A stretch of 60,852 nucleotides of DNA. It comes from an uncultured delta proteobacterium. GTDB lineage: Bacteria > Desulfobacterota > Desulfobacteria > Desulfobacterales > B30-G6. The notes under the pieces were generated by a model, which saw nothing but the letters and a program-made list of their open reading frames with translations, was not told the DNA's origin and made no database searches. The stretch spans positions 1 through 60,852 of the forward strand of contig CAWGLD010000010.1 in the NCBI GenBank assembly GCA_963823335.1, given 5' to 3'. The translations under genes and the position numbers were made by a program. Positions 50,408 to 60,705 of this stretch are shown piece by piece (within the stretch, counting starts at the first letter, position 1; every line of letters starts with the position of its first letter).

Positions 50408-50581
50408 TTAGAAGCCATCTCAAAAAAGGTTTTTTAGCCCAATTTCTGTGTTGGTCCCTTGCTTCAACTCCTCGGAATACTTCAGTATGCACCCCAAGGG
50501 CACTTCCTGCGGGCGCCTGCGGTTGAAGTTCGGGCCCGCCTTGAACTTGAACCAAAACCCTTTTTTTGAGATGACTTCTAA
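50408..50581. mobile_element. MITE, 174 bp, copy 2
   Basis: TIRs TTAGAAGCCATCTCAAAAAA / TTTTTTGAGATGACTTCTAA; matches 11641-11814. Confidence 0.85.
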
Positions 50582-50818
50582 TAAAGTTGTGAAACAAATA
50601 TATTTTTCTTGATAAAATGGTGTTCTTTCTTTAGGCTGCCTTATGAATGTGTCTGCATGCTGAAATCTATGATTATCCCTCCCGTTCCAAAAAAATGAAA
50701 AGCCTCCGGGTGCCCGACAGGGGCATTGGTTACCTGTAGGATCAATTCTGCATTCCTGCAATCGGTGCGCCAACAAGGAGATCCCGGGGATCGGATGAAA
50801 GGTTTATGGAGGATCGGA

Positions 50819-51322
50819 ATGATAGAGTCAAAATATTTAAAGGAAAATATTGAAAATATTCAAAAACTGATGACAATTTCGGCCCTGAGCAATTTTGAAA
50901 CGAAAAGCCTTGGAAAACTGCTGCGTCTGAGCAAGATACGTCAGTATGAGGACGGTGAACAGATTATTAAAGAGGGAGATTTTGACCCCTGGCTCTATTT
51001 CCTGCTTTCCGGAAAAATCAGGGTTGCCAAGGAAGGCGTCAACATTGGTTACATTGGTAAGCAGGGTGAAATTTTTGGTGAAATGCGCGTTGTCGATGAC
51101 GAAAGACGTTCGGCCTCGGTGTATGCCGAGGGAAAAACCGTCTGTCTTGCCGTGGATACATCCGCGAAAAAACGACTGTCATCTTCGGACGATCCGGACG
51201 AGCGGGTGGATTTTCTTCTTCTGCTCTACAGGATTTTTGCCGAGTATATTACCGCCCGTCTTCGATTGACCAACGAAGAACTCATCAAGGCCAGAAAAGC
51301 ACTCAGCAATTTCACCCCCTAA
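50819..51322 (+). CDS. Cyclic nucleotide-binding domain protein (no HTH)
   Basis: 'IIKEGD...LYFLLSGKIRV', 'GEIFGEM....RSASV.A'; GGAGG RBS before ATG 50819. Confidence 0.85.
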   Translation: MIESKYLKENIENIQKLMTISALSNFETKSLGKLLRLSKIRQYEDGEQIIKEGDFDPWLYFLLSGKIRVAKEGVNIGYIGKQGEIFGEMRVVDDERRSASVYAEGKTVCLAVDTSAKKRLSSSDDPDERVDFLLLLYRIFAEYITARLRLTNEELIKARKALSNFTP

Positions 51323-51335
51323 TCCTATTATTGAG

Positions 51336-51581
51336 ATGACCTATAGGTTCTCTGGAGCGTTTTTTACAGGTTCACATATGATGGACAAAGCCTACAGTTT
51401 TCTCCTGCAGCTGCGCTTTGTCCGTCAAGTAACCGCCATTGTTGATGATGCGGGTGTGTCGGACAATTATATCAACCCCAAGAAACTCACCCGGATCGAG
51501 CAGAATATGCTCAAAGAAATTTTCACCCGTGTAGAGAAATTCCAGGCCAAACTGGAATTCGATTTTATCGGGAGAGTCTGA
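51336..51581 (+). pseudogene. Orphan C-terminal fragment of a DUF294 nucleotidyltransferase (substrate-binding domain)
   Basis: 'AYSFLLQLRFVRQ.....DNYINPKKLTRIEQNMLKEIF..VEKFQ..L.FDF' resembles the DUF294_C terminus; the N-terminal domains are absent. Confidence 0.6.
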
Positions 51582-51610
51582 CCCGAAAATATCATGAAAG
51601 GGTTTTTTAG

Positions 51611-52261
51611 ATGGAATTTCGAATTCTAAAAAAGAGACTTGATGTCGGCAGGGAATTCGATGTTTTTTTGGATAAGGTCAGTGAAGCCGGGCTGCTCTTT
51701 AAAACAGGTGTGGAAGCCTATTTGTCCGACAATATTGACTCCTTTGAAAAAAAGATCGAGGATATCATCGAGACGGAACATGACGGTGATGCTTTACGCA
51801 GAGACTTGGAAGAGACACTGTATGTTCAGACCTTGATTCCGGAATCAAGGGGCGACGTCCTTGAATTGTTGGAGAATATGGATGCCCTTCTTGATCGTTT
51901 CAAGGGGGCCCTCTGGAAATTCAACATAGAGCGGCCGCAAGTGATTAAAGAATTGAATGACGATTTTAGAGAATTGACCGGTATTGTTGTCGAGGCGGTT
52001 GAAGCGATTGTTCGTTCTTCACGCGCATTTTTTAAAGACCTCTCCTCGGTTGCAGATCATATACATAAAGTTCCTTATTGGGAGTCGCAATCTGATAAGA
52101 TAGCGTCAAAACTCCAGCAGACTATTTTCAGGCAGGAGGGTTTTTCGTTGAGTGAAAAACTGCAATTGCGGGATTTTGTCAAACATATTGACAAGATTGC
52201 CGACAGAGCTGAAGACGTTTCAGATAAGTTGCGAATTTATGTGCTCAAACGCTCTCTCTAA
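51611..52261 (+). CDS. DUF47/PhoU-like phosphate transport regulator
   Basis: 'EHDGDALRR.LE..LY...LIPESRGD', 'IADRAEDVSD.L'; adjacent to PiT. Confidence 0.88.
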   Translation: MEFRILKKRLDVGREFDVFLDKVSEAGLLFKTGVEAYLSDNIDSFEKKIEDIIETEHDGDALRRDLEETLYVQTLIPESRGDVLELLENMDALLDRFKGALWKFNIERPQVIKELNDDFRELTGIVVEAVEAIVRSSRAFFKDLSSVADHIHKVPYWESQSDKIASKLQQTIFRQEGFSLSEKLQLRDFVKHIDKIADRAEDVSDKLRIYVLKRSL

Positions 52262-52266
52262 GGTGG

Positions 52267-53745
52267 ATGATGTTTCTTTTTTTTCTTTCAAGCGGCTTGT
52301 TTTTAGGCTGGTCCCTCGGTGCCAATGATGCTTCCAATGTTTTCGGGACAGCTGTTGGCAGTAAAATGGTTCGGTTTCGAACAGCCGCAATCTGCTGCAG
52401 TGTTTTCATCGTCATCGGCGCTGTCATCAGTGGCGCCGGGGCTTCGTATACACTTGGGAAACTCGGTTCCGTCAACGCCGTTGCCGGGGCTTTCATTGTC
52501 GCATTTGCCGCAGCCGTCAGTGTTTATCTGATGACCAAACTCGGTTACCCAGTGTCCACTTCCCAGGCCATCGTGGGAGCCATCATCGGCTGGAATTTTT
52601 TCAGCGGTTCTTTGACCGACTACCAGACCCTGTCAAAAATCGTTATCACATGGGTTGCCTGTCCGGCACTATCCGCAATTATTGCGCTGGTCCTGTATAA
52701 AATACTTGCTATAGCTATCTACCGGTTGAAACCGGACATGTTCAGACTGGATTCATTGACACGTTACGGTCTTATTCTTGTCGGGGCCTTCGGGTCGTAC
52801 AGTCTCGGGGCTAACAACATCGCCAATGTCATGGGTGTTTTTGTGCCGGTTTCTCCCTTTGCAGACATTTCCATTTTCGGAATATTCAAACTGACGTCGA
52901 CACAGCAACTGTTTTTTATCGGTGGAATCGCTATTGCCGTAGGCGTTCTCACCTACTCCCGAAAAGTGATGGCAACTGTTGGTGAAGGCATCATGGAATT
53001 ATCACCGATTTCAGCCCTTGCGGTGGTATCCGCCCATTCCCTGGTGTTGTTTTTATTTGCTTCTCAGGGACTGGAAGCATTTCTGCAAGGTCATGGCTTG
53101 CCCACCATTCCTCTGGTGCCTGTTTCCAGTTCCCAGGCCATTGTCGGGGCTGTCATCGGTCTTGGATTGCTCAGGCATGGGAAAGGTATCCGGTGGCGGG
53201 TTGTGGGTGGTATTGGAAGCAGTTGGATCGTCACACCCATCATAGCAGCACTTCTAAGCTTCATCTCACTGTTTTTTTTACAAAACGTTTTTGAGCAGAA
53301 AACCTATCGCCCGGTACGTTATGCCATTACTTCAGAAGCCATGGCTCGCATCCAAGCGCAAGGCATACCTCTGCAGGGAACTGAAAGCATCACAGGAAAA
53401 GAATTCCCGAATGCAAAATACTTCTACCGGGCGTTATCGACCCTGAAGAACATCAAACCGGAAGAACAGGCATTTATATTGACGTCTGCAGAAATCGATC
53501 CCATGGAAGTTACTCTGGAAAGACTTGAAACGATTGATTTTGATTCCGACTGGATTTCCGAGCGGAAAAAAAATGACTTGATAAAACTCGAGGGCAGGAA
53601 ATTTATACATAAATGGCAGCTGGACGAAGCGCTTGCTGAAATATCTCCTTATTGGCGGTTAAGAGAAAATGAAAAGAAGTACAATGAGAATTTAAAAAAC
53701 AAATTGTCACATATTTATGAAAAACTTCGTTATCCCAATCAATGA
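52267..53745 (+). CDS. PiT family inorganic phosphate transporter with soluble C-terminal extension
   Basis: 'GANDASNVFGTAVGS', 'PVSTSQAIVG', 'GANNIANV', 'PVSSSQA'. Confidence 0.92.
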   Translation: MMFLFFLSSGLFLGWSLGANDASNVFGTAVGSKMVRFRTAAICCSVFIVIGAVISGAGASYTLGKLGSVNAVAGAFIVAFAAAVSVYLMTKLGYPVSTSQAIVGAIIGWNFFSGSLTDYQTLSKIVITWVACPALSAIIALVLYKILAIAIYRLKPDMFRLDSLTRYGLILVGAFGSYSLGANNIANVMGVFVPVSPFADISIFGIFKLTSTQQLFFIGGIAIAVGVLTYSRKVMATVGEGIMELSPISALAVVSAHSLVLFLFASQGLEAFLQGHGLPTIPLVPVSSSQAIVGAVIGLGLLRHGKGIRWRVVGGIGSSWIVTPIIAALLSFISLFFLQNVFEQKTYRPVRYAITSEAMARIQAQGIPLQGTESITGKEFPNAKYFYRALSTLKNIKPEEQAFILTSAEIDPMEVTLERLETIDFDSDWISERKKNDLIKLEGRKFIHKWQLDEALAEISPYWRLRENEKKYNENLKNKLSHIYEKLRYPNQ

Positions 53746-53769
53746 CAAGCGTGCTTCCATCATACGATT

Positions 53770-54399
53770 TTATACCCGATACTTCGAGCCTATGCTTTGT
53801 TTTACGCAATTGAGGATGGTTTTTTCAGGATATTTTCCCTCGATGTCGGCATAAAACGATCTGATGACCATCATGTCCTGTTCCATGTCACCGGTGATGG
53901 TCACCACCGGACCGATACCGCCTGTTTTTCTTTTGAAATCTATAAATCCCAGTACCACGGGGACATTGGCACCTGCGGCAATGTGATAAAAGCCGGATTT
54001 CCATTTTTTGACCATTTTACGTGTTCCGGAAGGCGGGATGGTCAGGATAAGCCTGTCCATCTCCATGAATTTGTCGACCATCTGCCCCACAACATTGCAG
54101 GAGCGGTTGCGGTCTATGGGTATGCCTCCCAGCCATTTGAACAATCCGTTGAAGGGCTTCCTGAAAAGGGCCTCCTTGCCCATCCAGTATAGTTTTCCTT
54201 TAAGTTTAAAGGCGATGAACATCATGATGGGAAAATCCCAGTTGGAGGTATGGGGGGCAGCGATCATCACGAATTTGGGGATATCGGGGAGAGCTCCCTC
54301 TGTCCGCCATCCGGAAATTTTGAGTAAAAAAATGGATATCCATCGAATAAGGGTTCTCACGATGGGTGTGTCAAAGATTGTGTAATTCAAAAGGGTCAC
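53770..54399 (-). CDS. 1-acyl-sn-glycerol-3-phosphate acyltransferase family protein
   Basis: 'APHTSNWD', 'GGIPIDR', 'PSGTR', 'WKSGFYHIA'. Confidence 0.9.
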   Translation of the reverse strand: MTLLNYTIFDTPIVRTLIRWISIFLLKISGWRTEGALPDIPKFVMIAAPHTSNWDFPIMMFIAFKLKGKLYWMGKEALFRKPFNGLFKWLGGIPIDRNRSCNVVGQMVDKFMEMDRLILTIPPSGTRKMVKKWKSGFYHIAAGANVPVVLGFIDFKRKTGGIGPVVTITGDMEQDMMVIRSFYADIEGKYPEKTILNCVKQSIGSKYRV

Positions 54400-54411
54400 C
54401 TCTTTTGTATG

Positions 54412-54517
54412 ATATAGGGGTTGTCAGAAAAACGTTCCGATCGAGGACCTTTTTTCTGCTACAACCCCTTATGCCGCCATCCTATTTTCGGAACATTATT
54501 ATGACAAGCGGTATAAA
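54412..54517. repeat. 106-bp repeat (MITE-like), copy 2
   Basis: Matches 16273-16378. Confidence 0.85.
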
Positions 54518-54721
54518 AGTGAGGGGAGTATGGGGTTCCGAGAATAAAAAGTAAAACAGATAAGGTGATTTTACAAAAGTATTACAAACCCGGGCAATCC
54601 GAAACCATAAAAAGGATTGATTAATTATTTTGCAGACGGTATTGGGTATGCCATGATAAATGATCCGGCGGATATGGCGATGTCGCTTGGTGATATCACC
54701 GGATTCAATACTGTAATTTGG

Positions 54722-54762
54722 AAAAAAGCCGTCCGGCAAACGCGCCGAGGCGGCTTTTTTTT
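54722..54762 (+). terminator. Intrinsic terminator in the leader of the DEAD-box helicase gene
   Basis: AAAAAAGCCGTC-CGGC-aaacgc-GCCG-AGGCGGCTTTTTTTT, about 78 nt before the ATG. Confidence 0.7.
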
Positions 54763-54839
54763 GTCTTTATGAAAAAATATGGGACTCTGTATAAGGCCAA
54801 TTTGCAGGTTATTCTGACAAACACTATAACAGGGAAAAA

Positions 54840-56483
54840 ATGATGAAGTTTTCTTCTTTTGATTTGAAACACGAAATTATCCAGGCCATTGAGCAACTCG
54901 GATTTGAATACGCCACCCAGATTCAGGAAAAGGCCATCCCCCTGATGTTGACAGGCGATACCGATGTCATCGGCTTGGCCCAGACCGGCACGGGTAAAAC
55001 CGCCGCCTTTGGCCTGCCCCTGACCCAGTTGATTGATTTTGGGTCACCAACTCTTCAGGGACTGATCCTCTGCCCCACGCGGGAACTCTGTCTTCAAATC
55101 ACCGGTGACTTGAAACAGTTTGCCCGCTACACACTGAACGCCCGAATTGCCGCGGTCTACGGTGGTGCCGACATTCGGAGCCAGATATCTCAGATTAAAA
55201 AAGGGGCCCAGATCATCGTGGCCACGCCCGGCCGACTACTGGATCTGATCAACCGAAAGGCAGTCAAATTAGGGGCCGTGGTCTATGTAGTCCTGGATGA
55301 AGCCGATGAAATGCTCAACATGGGCTTTCAGGAAGATATCGATGACATTCTGAAACGGACACCTTCCGACAAACGAACCTGGCTTTTTTCAGCAACCATG
55401 CCGAGCGCTGCAGCAAAAATCGCCGATACATATATGATCCGCCCAATAACCATCACTGCCGGCTTGCGCAATAAAGCCGCTGAAAACATCTCTCATGACT
55501 GTTATGTGGTCAAGGAGAAAGACCGCTATGCGGCACTAAAACGGATGATTGACTATACCCCCGATATTTTCGGCCTCATTTTCTGTCGCACGCGCAAGGA
55601 AACCCAGACGGTCGCCGACAGACTGATGAAAGATGGTTACAATGCCGAAGCTTTGCACGGCGACCTGTCTCAGATGCAACGGGACCAGGTGATGAAAAAA
55701 TTCAGGGAAAGAACCCTGCAGTTGCTGGTGGCCACCGATGTGGCTGCACGTGGCCTGGATGTGGATGACATCACCCATGTCATTAATTACAATCTTCCCG
55801 ATGAACCAGACCGATACACCCATCGGTGCGGTCGAACAGCCAGGGCGGGAAAATCCGGCGTATCCATCGTACTGGTAAACACCCGGGAAGTCCGACGGAT
55901 CAATGCGCTCGAATCCCAAAGCGGTATTCAATTCGCCTATAAAAAAATCCCCAGTGGTCGTGCCGTTTGCGAGAAGCAGCTTTTTGCAATGGTGGAACGA
56001 ATGGTCTCCGCAGAGGTCAACAACAAGGAAATCGACAATTACCTTCCCCCGGTGTTTGAAACCCTTTCCGGTCTCAGTAAGGAAGAATTGATCCGCCGAT
56101 TTGTTTCGGCCGAGTTCAACCGCTTTCTCGATTACTACCGCGGCGCCGAAGACATCAATGTGAAAGTCAAAAATCGTCCAACAAAAGCGGATAAGGCCGA
56201 CCATCGTCTGGCCGGCAATACCCAGCGATTTTTCATCAATATCGGTCGTCTGGACAAGCTCAAAGAAGGTGCTATCGTCCGCCTGGTCTGCGACAATTCA
56301 GGTATATCATCAAAAAAACTCGGTCGTATCGAACTCAAAAGAGAGTTCTCATTCTTTGACGTTGAAAAAAAGGTGGCCAAAAAAGTTCTCAAAGCGCTTA
56401 GGGGGGTGACCTTGGACGGCAGGGCGATCCAGGCTGCATTTGCGGAGAAAGAGAACAAATCCAGAAAAAGACGTGACCGATAA
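54840..56483 (+). CDS. DEAD-box RNA helicase with DbpA-type RNA-binding domain (DeaD/CsdA-like)
   Basis: Q motif, AQTGTGKT, PTREL, DEAD, SAT, ARGLD, HRCGRTAR; C-terminal 'FFINIGRLD...GRIE....FSFFDV'. Confidence 0.93.
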   Translation: MMKFSSFDLKHEIIQAIEQLGFEYATQIQEKAIPLMLTGDTDVIGLAQTGTGKTAAFGLPLTQLIDFGSPTLQGLILCPTRELCLQITGDLKQFARYTLNARIAAVYGGADIRSQISQIKKGAQIIVATPGRLLDLINRKAVKLGAVVYVVLDEADEMLNMGFQEDIDDILKRTPSDKRTWLFSATMPSAAAKIADTYMIRPITITAGLRNKAAENISHDCYVVKEKDRYAALKRMIDYTPDIFGLIFCRTRKETQTVADRLMKDGYNAEALHGDLSQMQRDQVMKKFRERTLQLLVATDVAARGLDVDDITHVINYNLPDEPDRYTHRCGRTARAGKSGVSIVLVNTREVRRINALESQSGIQFAYKKIPSGRAVCEKQLFAMVERMVSAEVNNKEIDNYLPPVFETLSGLSKEELIRRFVSAEFNRFLDYYRGAEDINVKVKNRPTKADKADHRLAGNTQRFFINIGRLDKLKEGAIVRLVCDNSGISSKKLGRIELKREFSFFDVEKKVAKKVLKALRGVTLDGRAIQAAFAEKENKSRKRRDR

Positions 56484-56571
56484 CAAAGAGGCTCTGATTT
56501 TTATTTCAGATACCGGACAACGCATTGATACATGAGGTGAGTGTTTCAGATTATAAAAATATGGGATAGTG

Positions 56572-56611
56572 AAAAAAAAGGGCATTCCCCATATTACAGG
56601 GAATGCCCTTT
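56572..56611. terminator. Bidirectional terminator between the helicase and csp genes
   Basis: AAAAAAAAGGGCATTCCC-loop-GGGAATGCCCTTT. Confidence 0.8.
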
Positions 56612-56636
56612 CTAATTCAATCGTTGAGAAAGAAAC

Positions 56637-56837
56637 CTACACTACGGTAACATTTACTGCGGAAGGACCTTTGGGTCCCTGCTCGATGTCAAACGTAACA
56701 CGGTCGCCTTCATCAAGTGTTTTAAACCCGGTCGCATTGATTCCAGAATGATGAATGAAAACATCCGGACCGTCTTCTTGCTCGATAAAACCATACCCCT
56801 TGCTGCTGTTAAACCATTTTACTATACCATTAGCCAT
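56637..56837 (-). CDS. Cold-shock protein (CspA family)
   Basis: 66 aa '[18 protein letters not shown]...DVFIHHS...[10 protein letters not shown]'; AAGGAGG RBS. Confidence 0.96.
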   Translation of the reverse strand: MANGIVKWFNSSKGYGFIEQEDGPDVFIHHSGINATGFKTLDEGDRVTFDIEQGPKGPSAVNVTVV

Positions 56838-57050
56838 TGTAACAACCTCCTTTAAAAAAAATCTCTTGGTTCCAAACTTCAGACTGCCACGCTGGCAAAT
56901 GGATCTTTCCTTCAGTACGAAACCGGCCTTATACCCTAGATGGGTATTATTGATACTGGTATAAATAATTATAAAATTTAAAAATATCAAGCTGATTTTT
57001 CATTTTTTTTACTTTTAGGTGAACTTTTTAAGATCTAAGGGCCAATCTAC

Positions 57051-58232
57051 TTACAATAAGCTGGATAAAATATGTATGGCGGCATGTATTTTGGCTTCAT
57101 TCGCCATTGTGAAATTGAGCCGCATGGTTTCCATCCCCTTTTGTGGATCGACAAAGAAATATTTTCCAGGAACGAATGCAACACTTTTCTTGAGCCCTCT
57201 CTGATAGAGCGCCTGCATGTCGTAGCCGGGAGGTCCCTCTACCCAGACGAACATGCCACCTTCAGGTCTGGACCAGGTGAAGTCGTTTGGAAAGAAAGTT
57301 GCGAGTGCTTCCAGCATGGCATCCTTTTTGGGCTTGTAACGTGCGATAATGTGCGGCAGGTGTTGTTCCAGATGGTTGCCGGAAAGGTATTCGGCGGCCA
57401 GGGCCTGGTTAAAGGTACTGGTATGAAGATCGACACCCTGTTTGACGATGACCAGCCAGTCCTCCAGTAAAGCGGGTGGCACATAAAAACCGACGCGCAG
57501 ACCCGGTGCGAACACCTTTGACAGTGTTCCGATGTATAGCACATAATCAGGGGCCAGCGCTTTCAGAGGCTTTAAGGCCTCGCCGTCATACCGCAGGTCG
57601 CTGTAGGGGTCGTCTTCCACAAGCAGAACATCGTATCTGGTCAAAATCGCAGCAATGCGTTCACGCCGTTCCATGGGCAGGGTCCGCCCGGATGGATTCT
57701 GAAAGGTGGGCACCAGGTAGATAAATTTCAAGGATGTCCTGCCGAGTACGGTTTCCAGTGATTCGGGAACCAATCCCTTTTCATCGGTGACAAGGGTGAC
57801 ATACTCGGGTTCATAGGGATCGAAGGCCTGGATGGCACCCAGATAGGTGGGCGACTCGACTCCGATTTTGTCCCCTTTGGATATCAGGACTTTTCCCACG
57901 GCATCCAAGGCCCCCTGAGAACCACTCGATATAAACACATTCTCCGGTGTGGTCTGAATGCCTTTTTTTATCAGACGCTCTGCCAGATGATGTCTCAGGG
58001 GTGCAAACCCCTCGGTGGGACCGTACTGAAAGGCTGTTGACCCGTAGGTGTCGATGACCTGCCGGCTCAGTTCCCGGATAATGTCCATGGGAAAGCTTTC
58101 GGGTGCTGGAATTCCACCGGCAAGGGAAATCATACCCGGTTGGGACACGACTTTCAGTATCTCGCGTATGGCGTTGACACTCATTCGTGCGGTTCGTTCG
58201 GCAATCAGGGATTGAATTTGCATGGGTCTCAA
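57051..58232 (-). CDS. PLP-dependent class I aminotransferase (LysN/2-aminoadipate-like)
   Basis: 'ISLAGGIP', 'QYGPTEG', 'PTFQNPSG', 'EDDPY', 'TLSKVFAPGLRVG'. Confidence 0.92.
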   Translation of the reverse strand: MRPMQIQSLIAERTARMSVNAIREILKVVSQPGMISLAGGIPAPESFPMDIIRELSRQVIDTYGSTAFQYGPTEGFAPLRHHLAERLIKKGIQTTPENVFISSGSQGALDAVGKVLISKGDKIGVESPTYLGAIQAFDPYEPEYVTLVTDEKGLVPESLETVLGRTSLKFIYLVPTFQNPSGRTLPMERRERIAAILTRYDVLLVEDDPYSDLRYDGEALKPLKALAPDYVLYIGTLSKVFAPGLRVGFYVPPALLEDWLVIVKQGVDLHTSTFNQALAAEYLSGNHLEQHLPHIIARYKPKKDAMLEALATFFPNDFTWSRPEGGMFVWVEGPPGYDMQALYQRGLKKSVAFVPGKYFFVDPQKGMETMRLNFTMANEAKIHAAIHILSSLL

Positions 58233-58831
58233 GCTTTGAGTTGCTGGACATAGAATTCCAGTTGTTGGATGGTCTCATCGACAATGCTGTCATCACGGGT
58301 GGAGGTGTACAGGGCGGCGGCACCATTTAACGAGATGACAATGAAATTGGCTATTTCTTTATGGTTCAAACCGGGTTTCAGCAATCCCTGATCTGCTGCC
58401 TCATCGAGCCAGGTCTGGATAAGTTTTGATATGCGGATAAATCCGCGCAGGATCTGCTTGCTCATGGGATCTGACTGCCCCGAGAGTTCCACGAGCATGT
58501 TAAGGAAGAAACAGCCTCCTTCGAATATGTCTGCCCCCAGGTAGTTCCTGAGATCATTTTCGATAAATGTGGAGATGCGGATCAGGGGGTCGCTTCGGTC
58601 TCTGACGCCTGAGAAAACCGTTTCCCGCCAGATGGATATCGCTTCGTCATAGACCGCCTGCCAGATGTCGGCCTTGCTGGCAAAATGACCATAGAGCCCT
58701 CCCTTGGTGAGATTGGTAGCGGCCAGGATATCACTGATAGAGGTGTTGTAATAGCCCTTGACCGAAAAAAGATGGAGGGATTTTTCGATGATGTTGCGCT
58801 TGGTAAGATATCCCTTTTCAGACATGATCAA
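58229..58831 (-). CDS. TetR/AcrR family transcriptional regulator
   Basis: 'KGYYNTSISDILAATNLTKGGLYGHFASK', 'GGCFFLN'. Confidence 0.92.
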   Translation of the reverse strand: MIMSEKGYLTKRNIIEKSLHLFSVKGYYNTSISDILAATNLTKGGLYGHFASKADIWQAVYDEAISIWRETVFSGVRDRSDPLIRISTFIENDLRNYLGADIFEGGCFFLNMLVELSGQSDPMSKQILRGFIRISKLIQTWLDEAADQGLLKPGLNHKEIANFIVISLNGAAALYTSTRDDSIVDETIQQLEFYVQQLKA

Positions 58832-58863
58832 TTCTCTTAAATAATTGTTTTCAGCAGCATTAA

Positions 58864-58877
58864 ACCGACCGGTCTGT
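58864..58877. promoter_or_regulatory. Probable TetR autoregulatory operator
   Basis: Near-perfect palindrome ACCGACCGGTCTGT about 35 bp upstream of the TetR gene, downstream of a minus-strand TTGACA. Confidence 0.6.
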
Positions 58878-59290
58878 ATGTATTGCAGAATTAATGGATG
58901 ATGTCAATGATTAAGAAGCTGTAAACCGCTTATCCCTTGATATATCCTGATCTATTCTTGATTTGACAGAATACTCGGTAAGTCAGACGTATCACCGGTT
59001 TTATGGCCAACTGATATCCTGAGGGTCTGAATGGCTATCAATAAAGATCACTTTCTGCAATTATAAGCAAAGCAGGAGCTTTGACCTCATTAATCTCCGA
59101 CCTAATCCACTGTGCTCAGTAATAGTATGCAATTGCCAGGAACTTTTAACCCGCACGTCTAACGTCCTTTCAATGGTGGAAACAATTTACGGCCTTATTC
59201 TGTTTGACCCATAAGGCCAAGTCCCCTATACTGCGCCTAAAAAAAGTGACTTTTTGTAAACTTACAGAATAGGACAAAAGGATATAACCT

Positions 59291-59755
59291 ATGAACACAG
59301 TGATTACACCATGGTTGATCTGGTTCCTTCTGGGTATCGGTCTGGCTTTTTTGGAGCTTTACCTGCCCGGTTTTATTGTGCTGTTTTTTGGTATTGGTTG
59401 CTGGGTAACAGCCGGCGCATTATTGATCTGGGATATGAGCCTCAGCCTACAGATATTGCTTTTTATAACATCAGCGGTTGCCTCCCTGCTATTGCTACGC
59501 AAATGGCTGATGAGGGTATTTCGCGGGGCATCTTCCGATAAGCCGAATGAGAATTTTGAAGACTTTCCTCAGGGAGTGCACGTTACAGTCTTAAAAACCA
59601 TCACGCCTGCCAATTATGGGCGCATTCAATACCGGGGAACCACCTGGGATGCCGCTGCTGATGAAACCATTGAGGCAGGAAACACCGCTGAAATTATACG
59701 GTATGCTGATAATTCTCACCAGATTTATTTTGTGCGCAAAATTAATCACATATAA
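59291..59755 (+). CDS. NfeD family protein (short, YbbJ-like)
   Basis: Two TMs 'W..LG......EL..PGF...FFGIG'; OB-fold 'GRIQYRGTTWDA'. Confidence 0.88.
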   Translation: MNTVITPWLIWFLLGIGLAFLELYLPGFIVLFFGIGCWVTAGALLIWDMSLSLQILLFITSAVASLLLLRKWLMRVFRGASSDKPNENFEDFPQGVHVTVLKTITPANYGRIQYRGTTWDAAADETIEAGNTAEIIRYADNSHQIYFVRKINHI

Positions 59756-59766
59756 AGGAGTTTGTC

Positions 59767-60705
59767 ATGAGTGCAACGCTTATAGCTATATTGATGGTTA
59801 CGGTTTTGATTGTGGTCATTCTAGTCAAAACCGCGGTGATTGTTCCCCAGAAAAGCGAGTTTATTATTGAACGCCTCGGTAAATACAGCAGGACCTTGGA
59901 AGCGGGTTTTCATCTGTTGATACCTTTTTTGGATCGTGTGGCATACAAATATGTTTTGAAAGAAGAGGTATTTGACATTCCCAGTCAGACCTGTATTACC
60001 AAAGATAACGTAACCGTGGAGGTCGATGGTCTGATTTATCTTCAAGTCATGAACAGTAAATTAGCAGCCTATGGCATCAATGATTATCGAATGGCCGCTT
60101 CCCAGCTAGCCCAGACCACTCTGCGTTCCTGTGTCGGACGTATTGATCTGGATAAAACGTTTGAAGAGCGTGAAACCATCAATGGCCAGGTTGTGGAATC
60201 TCTTGACCAGGCAACACAGGCATGGGGAGTAAAAGTCCTGCGCTATGAGGTTAAAGATATTTTGCCGCCGGAATCGGTTAAAAATGCCATGGAAGCTCAG
60301 ATGACGGCAGAACGTGAAAAACGTGCCGAAATCGCTCGCTCCGAAGGTGTGCGGCAGTCCACCATCAATCGGGCTGAGGGAGACCGTCAAGATGCTATTT
60401 TGCGTTCCGAAGGTGAGAAACAACGGCGTATCAATGAAGCAGAGGGGCAGGCCCAGGAAATTCTGGCCATTGCACAAGCGACCGCCGAAGGGTTGAATAC
60501 CATTGCCAAACAACTACAAATGCCAGGCGGGCCGGGAGCAGCCAATTTGCGTGTCGCGGAGCAGTATGTTAACGAGTTTGGAAAACTGGCAAAGGCATCC
60601 AACACCTTGATTATTCCCGGCAACGTTGCGAACCTGGCCGATATGGTAACAACGGCCATGACGGCATTCCAGAAGATTAAGACGAAACCGGTTGAGTCGG
60701 CTTAA
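59767..60705 (+). CDS. SPFH/stomatin-like protein (QmcA/paraslipin)
   Basis: 'IIERLGKY', 'ITKDNV.VEVDG', 'LAQTTLRS', 'WGVKVLRYE', 'QMTAEREKRA'. Confidence 0.93.
   Translation: MSATLIAILMVTVLIVVILVKTAVIVPQKSEFIIERLGKYSRTLEAGFHLLIPFLDRVAYKYVLKEEVFDIPSQTCITKDNVTVEVDGLIYLQVMNSKLAAYGINDYRMAASQLAQTTLRSCVGRIDLDKTFEERETINGQVVESLDQATQAWGVKVLRYEVKDILPPESVKNAMEAQMTAEREKRAEIARSEGVRQSTINRAEGDRQDAILRSEGEKQRRINEAEGQAQEILAIAQATAEGLNTIAKQLQMPGGPGAANLRVAEQYVNEFGKLAKASNTLIIPGNVANLADMVTTAMTAFQKIKTKPVESA

Noticed and set aside
50346-50776. ORFs 50346-50597 and 50420-50776
   Set aside because: They run through the 174-bp MITE; spurious
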